Shown here piece by piece: positions 16,628 to 25,012 of a stretch of 44,714 nt of DNA (position 1 is the stretch's first letter; each line of letters begins with the position of its first letter). Under the pieces are notes generated by a model. It worked only from the letters and a program-made list of their open reading frames with translations. It had not been told where the DNA came from and searched no databases. This stretch comes from a virus (taxonomy: Duplodnaviria; Caudoviricetes): positions 1-44,714 of IMG/VR virus record IMGVR_UViG_3300027790_000010. One strand, written 5' to 3'. Made by a program: the position numbers and the translations under genes.

Positions 16628-17012
16628 GCCGCGCCCTCCCCGCCCGTAGCCTTTGCGATTGTGGCACGGTCCCAGTGTGAGTGTTTGTGAGTAGTCATTT
16701 TTCTATCAGTGCCCATGCGGGCTAGGGTTCAACAGTTGAGCAGCCCTAGGGCCGCGTGATTTGGTGCCGGTCTAACGCTCCCGGCGGCGGCACTATTTAG
16801 AGCCTTGTGTGCGGCTACCCATTTGGGCCGCGTATTTATTGCAGATACGCAATGCAGGTTCGTTTTATAGTCCATGGCCGGACTTCCCCTATCTTTCCCA
16901 AGGTTGCCAGCCCGCTAGGGACTGACAGCCCAGCCCAGCAGCACCATAGCGCAAAGGGCCAAGTAGAATACGGCACTTATCGCCGTGCTAACCGATTGGC
17001 GGGCGGACCGCT

Positions 17013-17273
17013 TCACGAGTTGCTCAGCCCCATCTGCTCAGCTACTTCAGAGTAGACCATTTCATCGACCGACCCTACTTCCGGGCCACATTCCAGTGCA
17101 CCGGGTCGGTAGGCGGATTGGCTCAAGAACTCGTATAGCTCAGAGCCTTGCCCGCCGTGGAAATCAGCGGCAAGCCAGTAGGCGGCAACTTGAGCGACAA
17201 ACTCCGCCTCGGGGCCGGAGTCGCAAAGGGCGGAAGCCGCTTCACGACAGTTGTGCAAGATTTCGTATTCCAT
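17013..17273 (-). CDS. Acidic early hypothetical protein
   Basis: YWLAADFHGGQGSELY..LS.S.YRPG; follows the duplicated leader. Confidence 0.7.
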   Translation of the reverse strand: MEYEILHNCREAASALCDSGPEAEFVAQVAAYWLAADFHGGQGSELYEFLSQSAYRPGALECGPEVGSVDEMVYSEVAEQMGLSNS

Positions 17274-17315
17274 GATTCTATTCTAGGGCAGAGGCTCAGG
17301 GGGATCCCTTCGCCG
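17271..17315 (-). repeat. Duplicated 5' leader, copy 1
   Basis: Near-identical to 17541-17585. Confidence 0.8.
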
Positions 17316-17316
17316 T

Positions 17317-17360
17317 TCACGCCTGAAGCCCCGCACGCGACTACGCGCACGGGGCAGGGC
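17317..17360 (-). repeat. Early-region hairpin element, copy D (divergent)
   Basis: Minus strand: GCCCCGTGCGCG-loop-CGCGTGCGGGGC TTCAGGCGTGA. Confidence 0.65.
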
Positions 17361-17378
17361 ACGACAGTGTGTCGTAGT

Positions 17379-17543
17379 CTAGCAGGTTACCTTATCCTGT
17401 TGCTTACCTGACCATACCAGACCATCATAGCGTAGCTCTTCAATGACTTCAGCGCGGCTCATACCTGCGAACAGGCGTAGGACACTATCACCGAAGATTA
17501 AGGCGTAGCATTGATTAACAGGAAGGAAGCGTACAATCATCAT
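17379..17543 (-). CDS. 54-aa first gene of the leftward arm
   Basis: Manual translation MMIVRFLPVNQCYALIFGDSVLRLF...; follows the duplicated leader. Confidence 0.6.
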   Translation of the reverse strand: MMIVRFLPVNQCYALIFGDSVLRLFAGMSRAEVIEELRYDGLVWSGKQQDKVTC

Positions 17544-17585
17544 GTTTCTATTCTAGACAGTGGCGCAGGGGGAATCCCTTTGCCG
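17541..17585 (-). repeat. Duplicated 5' leader, copy 2
   Basis: CGGCAAAGGGATTCCCCCTGCGCCACTGTCTAGAATAGAAACATG. Confidence 0.8.
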
Positions 17586-17699
17586 CGATGCCTTACCTTA
17601 ATCTATATCGACACCCAAGTCACCAACATTTACCCTAAATCCACGGTATTCGCCCAAGTTTCCAACCCGCACAACCGTGCCGCGCGCCCACTGGCCCAC

Positions 17700-17786
17700 A
17701 ATCAAACGTTCGTTTCACTTAGTGCCCATGCCGAACGCCCGTTTCAAACGCCCACTTGAATCAAACGTTCGTTTCAATCAGTGCCC
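17700..17786. repeat. 28-bp imperfect direct repeat pair with internal degenerate units
   Basis: AATCAAACGTTCGTTTCAnTnAGTGCCC at 17700 and 17759. Confidence 0.8.
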
Positions 17787-17970
17787 GCTGCCCGCTGTTG
17801 CTACTGAGACGCAATCTCAACAAGCGAGGGGTGGGGGCCATCCCCCGAGCCGGGTACCCCCCGCCCCAGGGCACTCGGGTACTCTCCCGCCCCGCGCCGA
17901 AAAATAAATGTGACAACCCGTCGGCACATCCAGGGCATAGCCGACATTCCGTCACACGCAAAAATAAATA

Positions 17971-17999
17971 TTGCACACTAACCACCGCCGTGTTAAGGT
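17971..17999 (+). promoter_or_regulatory. Sigma70-type promoter, probably giving a leaderless transcript
   Basis: A-tract, TTGCAC-17 nt-TAAGGT with TG extension; GTG start 5 nt downstream. Confidence 0.6.
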
Positions 18000-18004
18000 G
18001 CGGC

Positions 18005-18340
18005 GTGCGTATAGGTTTCAGCTCCAACCACCTCGCCGACGAGAACGGCAACCCGACCGGCGGCAGTACCCAGGGTACAGGCTTCACAATCGCTTGGCAG
18101 CACGGCCCACTAGGTCGCGGGGCCGACCACCTAGAGCCCAACGGTGCTTTCGTCGAGGACGTCATCGACGCGGCCCTCGACCGTATCCGCTACATGACCG
18201 AGGCGAATGGGGGTAGATTCGACTGCCCGGAGAACCGGCAGGCGCTCCGCCACTTAGAGCAGGCGCTAGAGGCTCTAGACTCCCGAACCCGGCGCCGGGA
18301 GTCAGCCGGCGTCGAGGGAACCCACGCGGCGGAGGTATAG
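18005..18340 (+). CDS. tad1: Tad1-like anti-Thoeris/anti-CBASS nucleotide sponge protein
   Basis: IAWQHGP...NGAFVEDVI....DRI...RFDCPEN.QAL.HLEQAL..L..R...R...GVEGT matches the recalled Tad1 pattern (FQ.G..NG...DR...F..REN..A..H.EEAL.....R...R..R.V.GT). Confidence 0.78.
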   Translation: MRIGFSSNHLADENGNPTGGSTQGTGFTIAWQHGPLGRGADHLEPNGAFVEDVIDAALDRIRYMTEANGGRFDCPENRQALRHLEQALEALDSRTRRRESAGVEGTHAAEV

Positions 18341-18343
18341 CAC

Positions 18344-19549
18344 GTGCCAAGCTCCCCAGCCCCAGGCAGCGACAGCGGCTCGCTAGTCGACACAAGCAAC
18401 TCGTCGACAACCCCCCTTAGCGGCGCCGCCACGTTCACCGGGACCGCGACCGACGTGAGCGACTACAATCGCATCTCAGTGTTCATCGACACCGACGTCG
18501 ACGGCACCCTGAAGATGCAGTTCAGCTCCGACGGCACGAACTGGGACCGCACGAAGCCGGTCGACATCGACACATCCATTGCCGACGGATCGACCCACAC
18601 TCTAGCTGTGGCAACCCAGTATTTCCGGGTCGTCGTCGAAAATGGGGCGTCCGCTCAGAGCCACCTCCGCCTGGAGACTATCCTCCACAAGGGCGACGGC
18701 GGGATGCTCTCGTCGAGCCCTGACCAGCGGATTTCGCGCCTCAACGACGTCCGCCTATCTAGGGTAGTCAACGACCCGACCTGGGACATGGCACGGAACC
18801 TCTACGCCGACCGGTTCGTCGTCCATAAGTTCGGCAGTAACCCGGCCACCCCGTCGGGCGAGCGCGACATCTGGCTGTGGGGCGCCCAGGCCGGCGCCGG
18901 CAACATCGACTACCCGTGGCCGACGGCGGCCGAGACGGTCAGGATCAAGTCAGGGGGTAACTCCAACGACACGGCGGCCGGCAGCGGCGCCCGCGAGATC
19001 ACGGTCGCAGGGCTCGACGAGAACTGGGCGGAGGCCACCGAGACGATTGCCACCAACGGCACCTCCGCGTCATCGGCAACCACGACCACGTTCATCAGGG
19101 TCTACAGGGCCTACGTCAGTGAGTCGGGCACCTACGGCAGCGCCAACACGGGTAACATCGTCATCGAGAACACATCGTCGACCGATGTCCTGTGCGCCAT
19201 CCAGGCGACGCGGGGCCAATCGCAGCTCACGATGTACACGGTGCCGATGGGCTACACGGCCTACCTGCGCGAACTCTCGTTCTCTGTTGACACTTCCACC
19301 AACAAGGAGTTGACGATCCGCATGTACCAGCGGCGCGACGCCGATAACACGTCATCCGATATCAGGGCGCCCCGCCTGGTCTACGCGGCCGATGGTGTCT
19401 CGGGGCCGCAGGCCATCGAGTTCCAGTCGCCGCCGTCGTTCCCAGGGAAGACCGACCTGTGGTTCACGTCGCAGGGCAACTCAGGGTCTAGCGTGTCGGT
19501 GGACTACGACCTGTGGTTGGCAGTCGACAGCATTGTGGATCCGCAGTAG
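18344..19549 (+). CDS. Ser/Thr-rich beta-structured protein, probably virion-associated
   Basis: 401 aa with two apparent domains (QFSSDGTNWD; VHKFG.N...YTVP.G.TAY). Confidence 0.65.
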   Translation: MPSSPAPGSDSGSLVDTSNSSTTPLSGAATFTGTATDVSDYNRISVFIDTDVDGTLKMQFSSDGTNWDRTKPVDIDTSIADGSTHTLAVATQYFRVVVENGASAQSHLRLETILHKGDGGMLSSSPDQRISRLNDVRLSRVVNDPTWDMARNLYADRFVVHKFGSNPATPSGERDIWLWGAQAGAGNIDYPWPTAAETVRIKSGGNSNDTAAGSGAREITVAGLDENWAEATETIATNGTSASSATTTTFIRVYRAYVSESGTYGSANTGNIVIENTSSTDVLCAIQATRGQSQLTMYTVPMGYTAYLRELSFSVDTSTNKELTIRMYQRRDADNTSSDIRAPRLVYAADGVSGPQAIEFQSPPSFPGKTDLWFTSQGNSGSSVSVDYDLWLAVDSIVDPQ

Positions 19550-19629
19550 GTGGCGTATTGTCAACCACTAGCGCCGTCAGGGGTTGACAATCCGCGTGTT
19601 ACAAGTTGTCGGCCATTGTCACTTAGAGC

Positions 19630-19658
19630 CTGCACACTATCACAACGGATGTTAGTAT
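19630..19658 (+). promoter_or_regulatory. Putative promoter for terL
   Basis: CTGCAC-17 nt-TAGTAT with TG extension; shares TGCACACTA and TGTTA with the 17971 promoter. Confidence 0.5.
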
Positions 19659-19692
19659 AGGGCTCGCAATCTGCCTATACTAAGGCACCTAC

Positions 19693-21384
19693 ATGGGTAG
19701 AATCACGAACAGCGACATCTCCAGGTCCCAGGAACTCCAGGACCGGATCATCCAGCTCTGGGAGTGTCCCGTGGAGTTTGGCTCGCTGTGGCACCGTGGG
19801 GTCCTCCAGACCGACGGCACCCGGCGCAAGACCTACGGCTACGTCCACAAGGAAATCGCGGCCCACATGACGGCCCACAAGCGGTCGTCTCTAGTGGTCA
19901 CGCGAAACCATGCGAAGTCCACTGAGGGCATCGACATCATTATGCACCAGAAGTGGCAACACCTGGACAAACGCATCATGCATATCTCGGCCGCCACAAC
20001 CCTCAGCAAACAGCTCATCAACGAGCTACGCACGATCACACAGGGCGAGGTCGAGCTTCTCCCAGGGCTCGTGGTGCCGTTTAGCGAGTGCTTCCCCGAG
20101 CTAGTCGCCGTCCGGCCGCCTAGTGGTGCGCCCCAAGGGTCCTTCAATGTCGCCGGCCGAGCTGGCACGGGTCGCGAGCCCTGCTTCATGCCGTCATCCA
20201 TCGGCTCTAACAGGGCCGGTATGCACCCGACGGACATCATCGCCGACGACCCGTCGAACGAACGGAACTCGACGACCCCCGTGCAGCGCCAGAAGGTCAT
20301 CGACTCGATGCACCAACTCGAGCCGATCCTGCGCGACCCGTCGGACGGCCACATCTGGCACATCGGGACGCCCTGGGCCTTCAAGGACGTCTCATCAGAG
20401 CTTCCGAAGATGGGCTACAAGCAGTACCGATTCGGCTGTTGGGACGGCGTCAACCCGGATACGGGCCTGCGCGACGGTAAAGGCCCTGGCCGCACAGAGC
20501 TGGGCGCCCCAAACGACGGCGACTGGCCGCTGTGCCCTGCCTACATGAATGCGGAGGAACTTGCCGAGACGTTCATCTCGCTTAGGGACGCCGGCAACTA
20601 CGAGTTCTGGGCCCAGCAGTACCTCGTCAAGCCCGTGGCCGCCGCCGATGCGCTGTTCGACGACACACTCATCAGCGCCACCACCCACCGCGTCGCCGAC
20701 CACCTAGCGCTGCCCGCCGGCAAGAACATCCTCCTGTGGGACCCGACGTCGAGGGCCGATGCGAAGGTCGGCGACTGGAACGGCATCATCGTTGTCAGGG
20801 CCACGACCGCCGCCCACGTCACCCAGATGTGCGCCAAGAACCCTGCCTACGCGATCCCAGGGCTCGCGGAGATGGCGCCCGACTCGAATATCTTCTTCGT
20901 CGCCGAGGCCATCGAGCTGAAGGGGCCGCCGGCCGACTGTATGCCGGTCGTCCGCGAACTCCACGAAAAGTGGGGCCTCGACGAACTCTGGGTCGAAGAC
21001 ACCGGTGCCGCCTCGTGGGTCCAGAGTTGGGTCAACGACCACCACTGGGCCCGCGAGATCACGACCATCCCGATTAAGCTCGGCAGCCGAGGCGCGTCCA
21101 AGGATCGTCGCCTTCAGGGCACCCAGCTCGCCCTGCGCGAGGGCCGCCTCCGGTTCATCAGTAGCGCCCCCGGCTACGACATCCTAACCCAGCGCCTCAC
21201 CGAGTTCCCGAAGTCCGAGTCGGACGATCTCCCGGACGCCCTCGCCTTACTCACGTGGCGCGGCCAGCGCAAGGGAAATCTTCCGAAAATAACTGTTGAC
21301 CCCGACAGCCAAACGTACTACAATGCTGCGGCGGACCCGTCTTCTTTAGCCTACCGCCCCCCACGCCCTAGCTCATCTTGGTAA
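19693..21384 (+). CDS. terL: Terminase large subunit
   Basis: Walker A-like RNHAKST, Walker B IIADDP, coupling motif IGTPW, nuclease LLWDP...DDLPDA. Confidence 0.93.
   Translation: MGRITNSDISRSQELQDRIIQLWECPVEFGSLWHRGVLQTDGTRRKTYGYVHKEIAAHMTAHKRSSLVVTRNHAKSTEGIDIIMHQKWQHLDKRIMHISAATTLSKQLINELRTITQGEVELLPGLVVPFSECFPELVAVRPPSGAPQGSFNVAGRAGTGREPCFMPSSIGSNRAGMHPTDIIADDPSNERNSTTPVQRQKVIDSMHQLEPILRDPSDGHIWHIGTPWAFKDVSSELPKMGYKQYRFGCWDGVNPDTGLRDGKGPGRTELGAPNDGDWPLCPAYMNAEELAETFISLRDAGNYEFWAQQYLVKPVAAADALFDDTLISATTHRVADHLALPAGKNILLWDPTSRADAKVGDWNGIIVVRATTAAHVTQMCAKNPAYAIPGLAEMAPDSNIFFVAEAIELKGPPADCMPVVRELHEKWGLDELWVEDTGAASWVQSWVNDHHWAREITTIPIKLGSRGASKDRRLQGTQLALREGRLRFISSAPGYDILTQRLTEFPKSESDDLPDALALLTWRGQRKGNLPKITVDPDSQTYYNAAADPSSLAYRPPRPSSSW
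21296..21324 (+). promoter_or_regulatory. Sigma70-type promoter inside the terL 3' end, upstream of portal
   Basis: TTGACC-17 nt-TACAAT preceded by A-rich sequence. Confidence 0.65.
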
Positions 21385-23342
21385 AGATCGATCTCCCCGA
21401 GGAAGCCCAGAAAGCGCTCGCCGTCACAGTCGCCGACGCGCAGACTTCTTTCAGGGGTTCGGTTCAGGGCGTCAAGCGGCTAATCAACGACCTCTACACG
21501 GGGCGCGACCCTGTGAGCGGCGGACTCCCGACTGGCGGCGTCCCCTGGGGCTCGACGATCACGGACCCGACGTCGACCACTAAATGGGTCTACCCGCAGG
21601 TCGGCGCGAACCTGGCCCAAGCACGGACGCAGCAGCTAGTTACAGAGCTTGTCCCGGCCGTCCCAGCCTTCCACATCGAGGCCCTGACCGCCGAGGCGAC
21701 CCACCTCGTTGAGGAGCAGGCCGTCGTCATGCCGTGGCTCGCAAAATCGTCGGGCCTACGCAGGGCCATGCGGAAAACCGCCATGAACGGGCTCCTCGGC
21801 TCGCACTTTGGCGTCAAGGTTTGCATCGACCCCGGCGAGATCATCGAGAACCGCGTCCGCTTTGAGGCGATCCCGTCGAGCCACTGTGGCTACGAGCCGC
21901 AGCACCGGCGGTTCTACTGGCACCAGTATGCGACGCAATACTCGGACCTCAAGCACAAGCCGGCCCTAGATAAGTCCCGCCCAGAGCCTAACCCGTGGGA
22001 CATCGTGCAGGTCACCGAGGTCTACCACCGTGGGTTCGCCTACGCCGGCAAGAAGTGCCCGATGTCGGTCTACGTCTCCCTCGGCGAAGAAGAGGTTGCT
22101 GAGAAGGTCTACGTCGCAAATAGCCCAACCCAGCGCCAACAGGCCCTGGGCGACTATGTCACAACTGTAGAGCTGCCGACGTGCCCCCTCCACATCGACC
22201 AGTTCCTCGATCCGGCGCCCGGCGAAGACATCTCGCCCCCCGAAGTCGCCTCCTGGATCCCAGTGCTCCGCTCGATCCACGCGGACCTTCGCCAACTCGA
22301 GGGCGAAGTCGGTAAGATCAATGATGTAGTGTTCCTCGAGAAGGGCGCCTTCGACGACAACGACATCGCCGCCATGCGGGACAACCCGTCGGGCAATACA
22401 TTGTACGTGGAAGTCAAGGCCGACAATGCGATGGGCGAGTACACCGGCGTCTCCCACAAGGGCCGCCCGATGGAGCGTAACAGCGCCATCAACGAGATCC
22501 TAGCGTCTCTCCAGTACCACATGCAACTTCTCGATGAAGTTGTCGGCGTCAGCAGCCTCGACCGGGGCGTCGCGGCCAACCCCCGAAAGTCTGCCACCGA
22601 GGCCGGCGCGATCGTCCAGGCGAACAACCGCCGGACGCGCAGCCGCCTCACCATCATCGCCGACGCTTTCTCGGCCCTTGGAGGAATCCTCTATCAGTTC
22701 CTCCCAGACGCTTTCCCCTCGGGCGAAATCGTCATCCCGCTCGCAAATAACCTGAACCGACGCATCACCCTCCCAGACCCGGCAGTCGCCCGGATGTCTT
22801 TCAGGGTTGAAGCTGTCGAGCTGGGTAACCTGTCCAAACAGGGCCAGGTCGAGACGCACGCTGCCTCAATCTCCCTCCTAAGTAACATTAGACAGCAAGC
22901 GCCGGACCTCGTCCCACCAGGGCTACTCATCTCCGAGACACAGAAGTACCTGCGGGCACTGGGAAACAACGCCGCCGCCGACATGCTCAAGACACCGCTG
23001 CACATGGAAGGTCCACAACAGCGCATCCTGAACTACGTCTACGGCAGGACCAACGAGATCCCTGTCTACCCGCAGGACGACCACGAGCAGTTCATGGCCG
23101 CCTACCAGCAGGAGATCCTCAACGCGGCCACGCAACCAGGTTCCGCAATCCCCATCGGGGAAATCCAGTCGGCCCTGATGCAACACCAAGGGCTCATCTC
23201 TCAGCGCCCCCAGCCGGCCGAGCCACAATCGCCCGTCCCAGGGTTCAACGCGGAGGGCCAACTCGGCGCCGGCGCGATGGGTCCCGACGGCATCCCCGTC
23301 GACCAGATCCAGGAACTCTCCCTGAACACCTTAAGAGCCTAG
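21378..23342 (+). CDS. Portal protein
   Basis: 654 aa directly after terL; GVS...RG......SATEA motif typical of P22-like portals; Q/P-rich tail. Confidence 0.85.
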   Translation: MVKIDLPEEAQKALAVTVADAQTSFRGSVQGVKRLINDLYTGRDPVSGGLPTGGVPWGSTITDPTSTTKWVYPQVGANLAQARTQQLVTELVPAVPAFHIEALTAEATHLVEEQAVVMPWLAKSSGLRRAMRKTAMNGLLGSHFGVKVCIDPGEIIENRVRFEAIPSSHCGYEPQHRRFYWHQYATQYSDLKHKPALDKSRPEPNPWDIVQVTEVYHRGFAYAGKKCPMSVYVSLGEEEVAEKVYVANSPTQRQQALGDYVTTVELPTCPLHIDQFLDPAPGEDISPPEVASWIPVLRSIHADLRQLEGEVGKINDVVFLEKGAFDDNDIAAMRDNPSGNTLYVEVKADNAMGEYTGVSHKGRPMERNSAINEILASLQYHMQLLDEVVGVSSLDRGVAANPRKSATEAGAIVQANNRRTRSRLTIIADAFSALGGILYQFLPDAFPSGEIVIPLANNLNRRITLPDPAVARMSFRVEAVELGNLSKQGQVETHAASISLLSNIRQQAPDLVPPGLLISETQKYLRALGNNAAADMLKTPLHMEGPQQRILNYVYGRTNEIPVYPQDDHEQFMAAYQQEILNAATQPGSAIPIGEIQSALMQHQGLISQRPQPAEPQSPVPGFNAEGQLGAGAMGPDGIPVDQIQELSLNTLRA

Positions 23343-23343
23343 C

Positions 23344-23769
23344 ATGGCAACAATCGCAGCAACCCTCCTAGAGAACGGTGACGCAAACACGCCCCGCATC
23401 TACAAGTTTGAAGCTGTAGAGTGTATCACGGGCGACGACACCGACTCTATCGTCTTCGACGGCTTCGACTATGCCGTCATCTACAGTGTCGTCAACACCA
23501 ACGACGCCGCGAGTGGCACCGGCAACCTCTACCTCAGAGCCATCTCCCAAGACGGCGGCGAGGCAATCAAGTTTCGCGGGCGCCAAGCCCCGACGGCTTC
23601 GACCGGCCTCCTCGTCTTTGAGGATGCGGTCGTCCTGACTGCCGGCCTCCAAGCCAACAATGTCGGCTGCGTCGTCACCAAACTCCCATCTGTCGGTAAG
23701 TTCGTCCACGATGGCGGCAACGGCGGCACGGCCCTAACGGTAGACATCATTGTCGAACTCCACCAGTAA
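23344..23769 (+). CDS. Hypothetical beta-rich virion protein
   Basis: ORF in the head module. Confidence 0.6.
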   Translation: MATIAATLLENGDANTPRIYKFEAVECITGDDTDSIVFDGFDYAVIYSVVNTNDAASGTGNLYLRAISQDGGEAIKFRGRQAPTASTGLLVFEDAVVLTAGLQANNVGCVVTKLPSVGKFVHDGGNGGTALTVDIIVELHQ

Positions 23770-24247
23770 AGACGTTAGCTGGGTCAGTAGCTACGACTGG
23801 CGCAAGCTCCGCGACCGTAACCTCGAGGTGCGCGGTCAGTGTGGTGGTTGCGATGATCCAGCCGGCCGCGCCCATTACCCTGAATGGAAGATGTCGTGCT
23901 GTGACGCCGCGCTCCCATCACCTCCAGTGCCTACCCCGGAAGACAAGGCCCTCTACGACGCGCACCTTGAGAAAGTCGAGCGCGGATACGAGGAACTGAA
24001 GGATCGCCAACTCCAACGAGCGGGCGCCGGCGACTGGGGCAAGGGCCACGACATCTTCCAGCTCCCCCTGGACTGCCCCGACCGCATCGTCCACTCGGCG
24101 GCCGAGATGAAAGCCGTCTACAAGAAATACGGCCTCGACACCGACAGCCACCGCTTCAAGCCAGGGCAAGGCCCCGGCACCGAAAATCAACGTCGCCGCA
24201 ATGGCGCCGTAAGTCTCGACAACCACGACCGAGACCTGGGCTACTAG
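23750..24247 (+). CDS. Hypothetical Zn-ribbon-containing protein
   Basis: CGGC...SCC; lies between portal and scaffold. Confidence 0.55.
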   Translation: MSNSTSKDVSWVSSYDWRKLRDRNLEVRGQCGGCDDPAGRAHYPEWKMSCCDAALPSPPVPTPEDKALYDAHLEKVERGYEELKDRQLQRAGAGDWGKGHDIFQLPLDCPDRIVHSAAEMKAVYKKYGLDTDSHRFKPGQGPGTENQRRRNGAVSLDNHDRDLGY

Positions 24248-24310
24248 AGCCACTGGTAAGCTAGTTCCCAACCTTGTATTAGGAGCCACAGGTAAGCCTA
24301 ACACAACACG

Positions 24311-24973
24311 ATGACTGAACAAACACCACCCGAAGAAGCCGAACCTACTACGCCAGCCACCGAGGAGCCATTGGTAGACCTCGCGGAGGAGGTAGGGAAA
24401 GCCCTGAAGGACAAACCCGCTGAGAAGGCCGCAGAGCTTTCGCAGCAACTTTCACAGGAACTCTCGCCAGAACTCATCGCAAAGGTGAACAAGCTGGTCG
24501 AGTCCCAAAGCGGCAGTGCAATCGACGGTTTCAAGCGCAAAATGGAAGCCGACTTCGAGAAACGTCTCCAATCCGAGGGCTACATCAAGCCCGAGGAAGT
24601 GGACAAGCGGATCAACGAGTCCCTCCAGTTTGAGCGGCTGAAATCTGAGGCGGCACTCCGACTTGAGCGAACGCTGACCACCCTCGGTATCCCTGCCGGA
24701 TCCGAAGCCTATCAGAAGGTCCAAAAGACCTACAAGGAAGGCCTCGAGTCGAAAGAGTTTACCGTACACACGCTCCTCTCAGAGCGGGGTATCAAGTCAG
24801 TTGCTTTCGCGGCAGGCGTCCTAGAGCCTACCAAGAAAGAGGAATCGGCTGCGGCCGGCCTCCTCGGCCTTGGCGCTCACACGACGATCAAGCCACGAGA
24901 AGCAGAAGCCAAGCACGGGGCACTCGACTCGCGGGTTCAGCAGCGGATGTTGGATGCGTTGAAGAATTCCTAG
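24311..24973 (+). CDS. Capsid scaffolding protein
   Basis: Acidic, helical, directly upstream of the capsid gene. Confidence 0.7.
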   Translation: MTEQTPPEEAEPTTPATEEPLVDLAEEVGKALKDKPAEKAAELSQQLSQELSPELIAKVNKLVESQSGSAIDGFKRKMEADFEKRLQSEGYIKPEEVDKRINESLQFERLKSEAALRLERTLTTLGIPAGSEAYQKVQKTYKEGLESKEFTVHTLLSERGIKSVAFAAGVLEPTKKEESAAAGLLGLGAHTTIKPREAEAKHGALDSRVQQRMLDALKNS

Positions 24974-25012
24974 TTTAACCACTAAAAGTCCCCACCGTGG
25001 GCACAACAACTG

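Noticed and set aside
17700-17786. Mini-CRISPR array (28-bp repeat, 31-bp spacer, ATTGAAAC on the minus strand)
   Set aside because: Only two repeats, the spacer is itself made of degenerate repeat units, ATTGAAAC is internal rather than terminal, and no cas operon is present.
17756-18004. N-terminal 83 aa of the 194-aa track ORF
   Set aside because: It runs through the repeat and promoter region; similarity to Tad1 starts only after GTG 18005.
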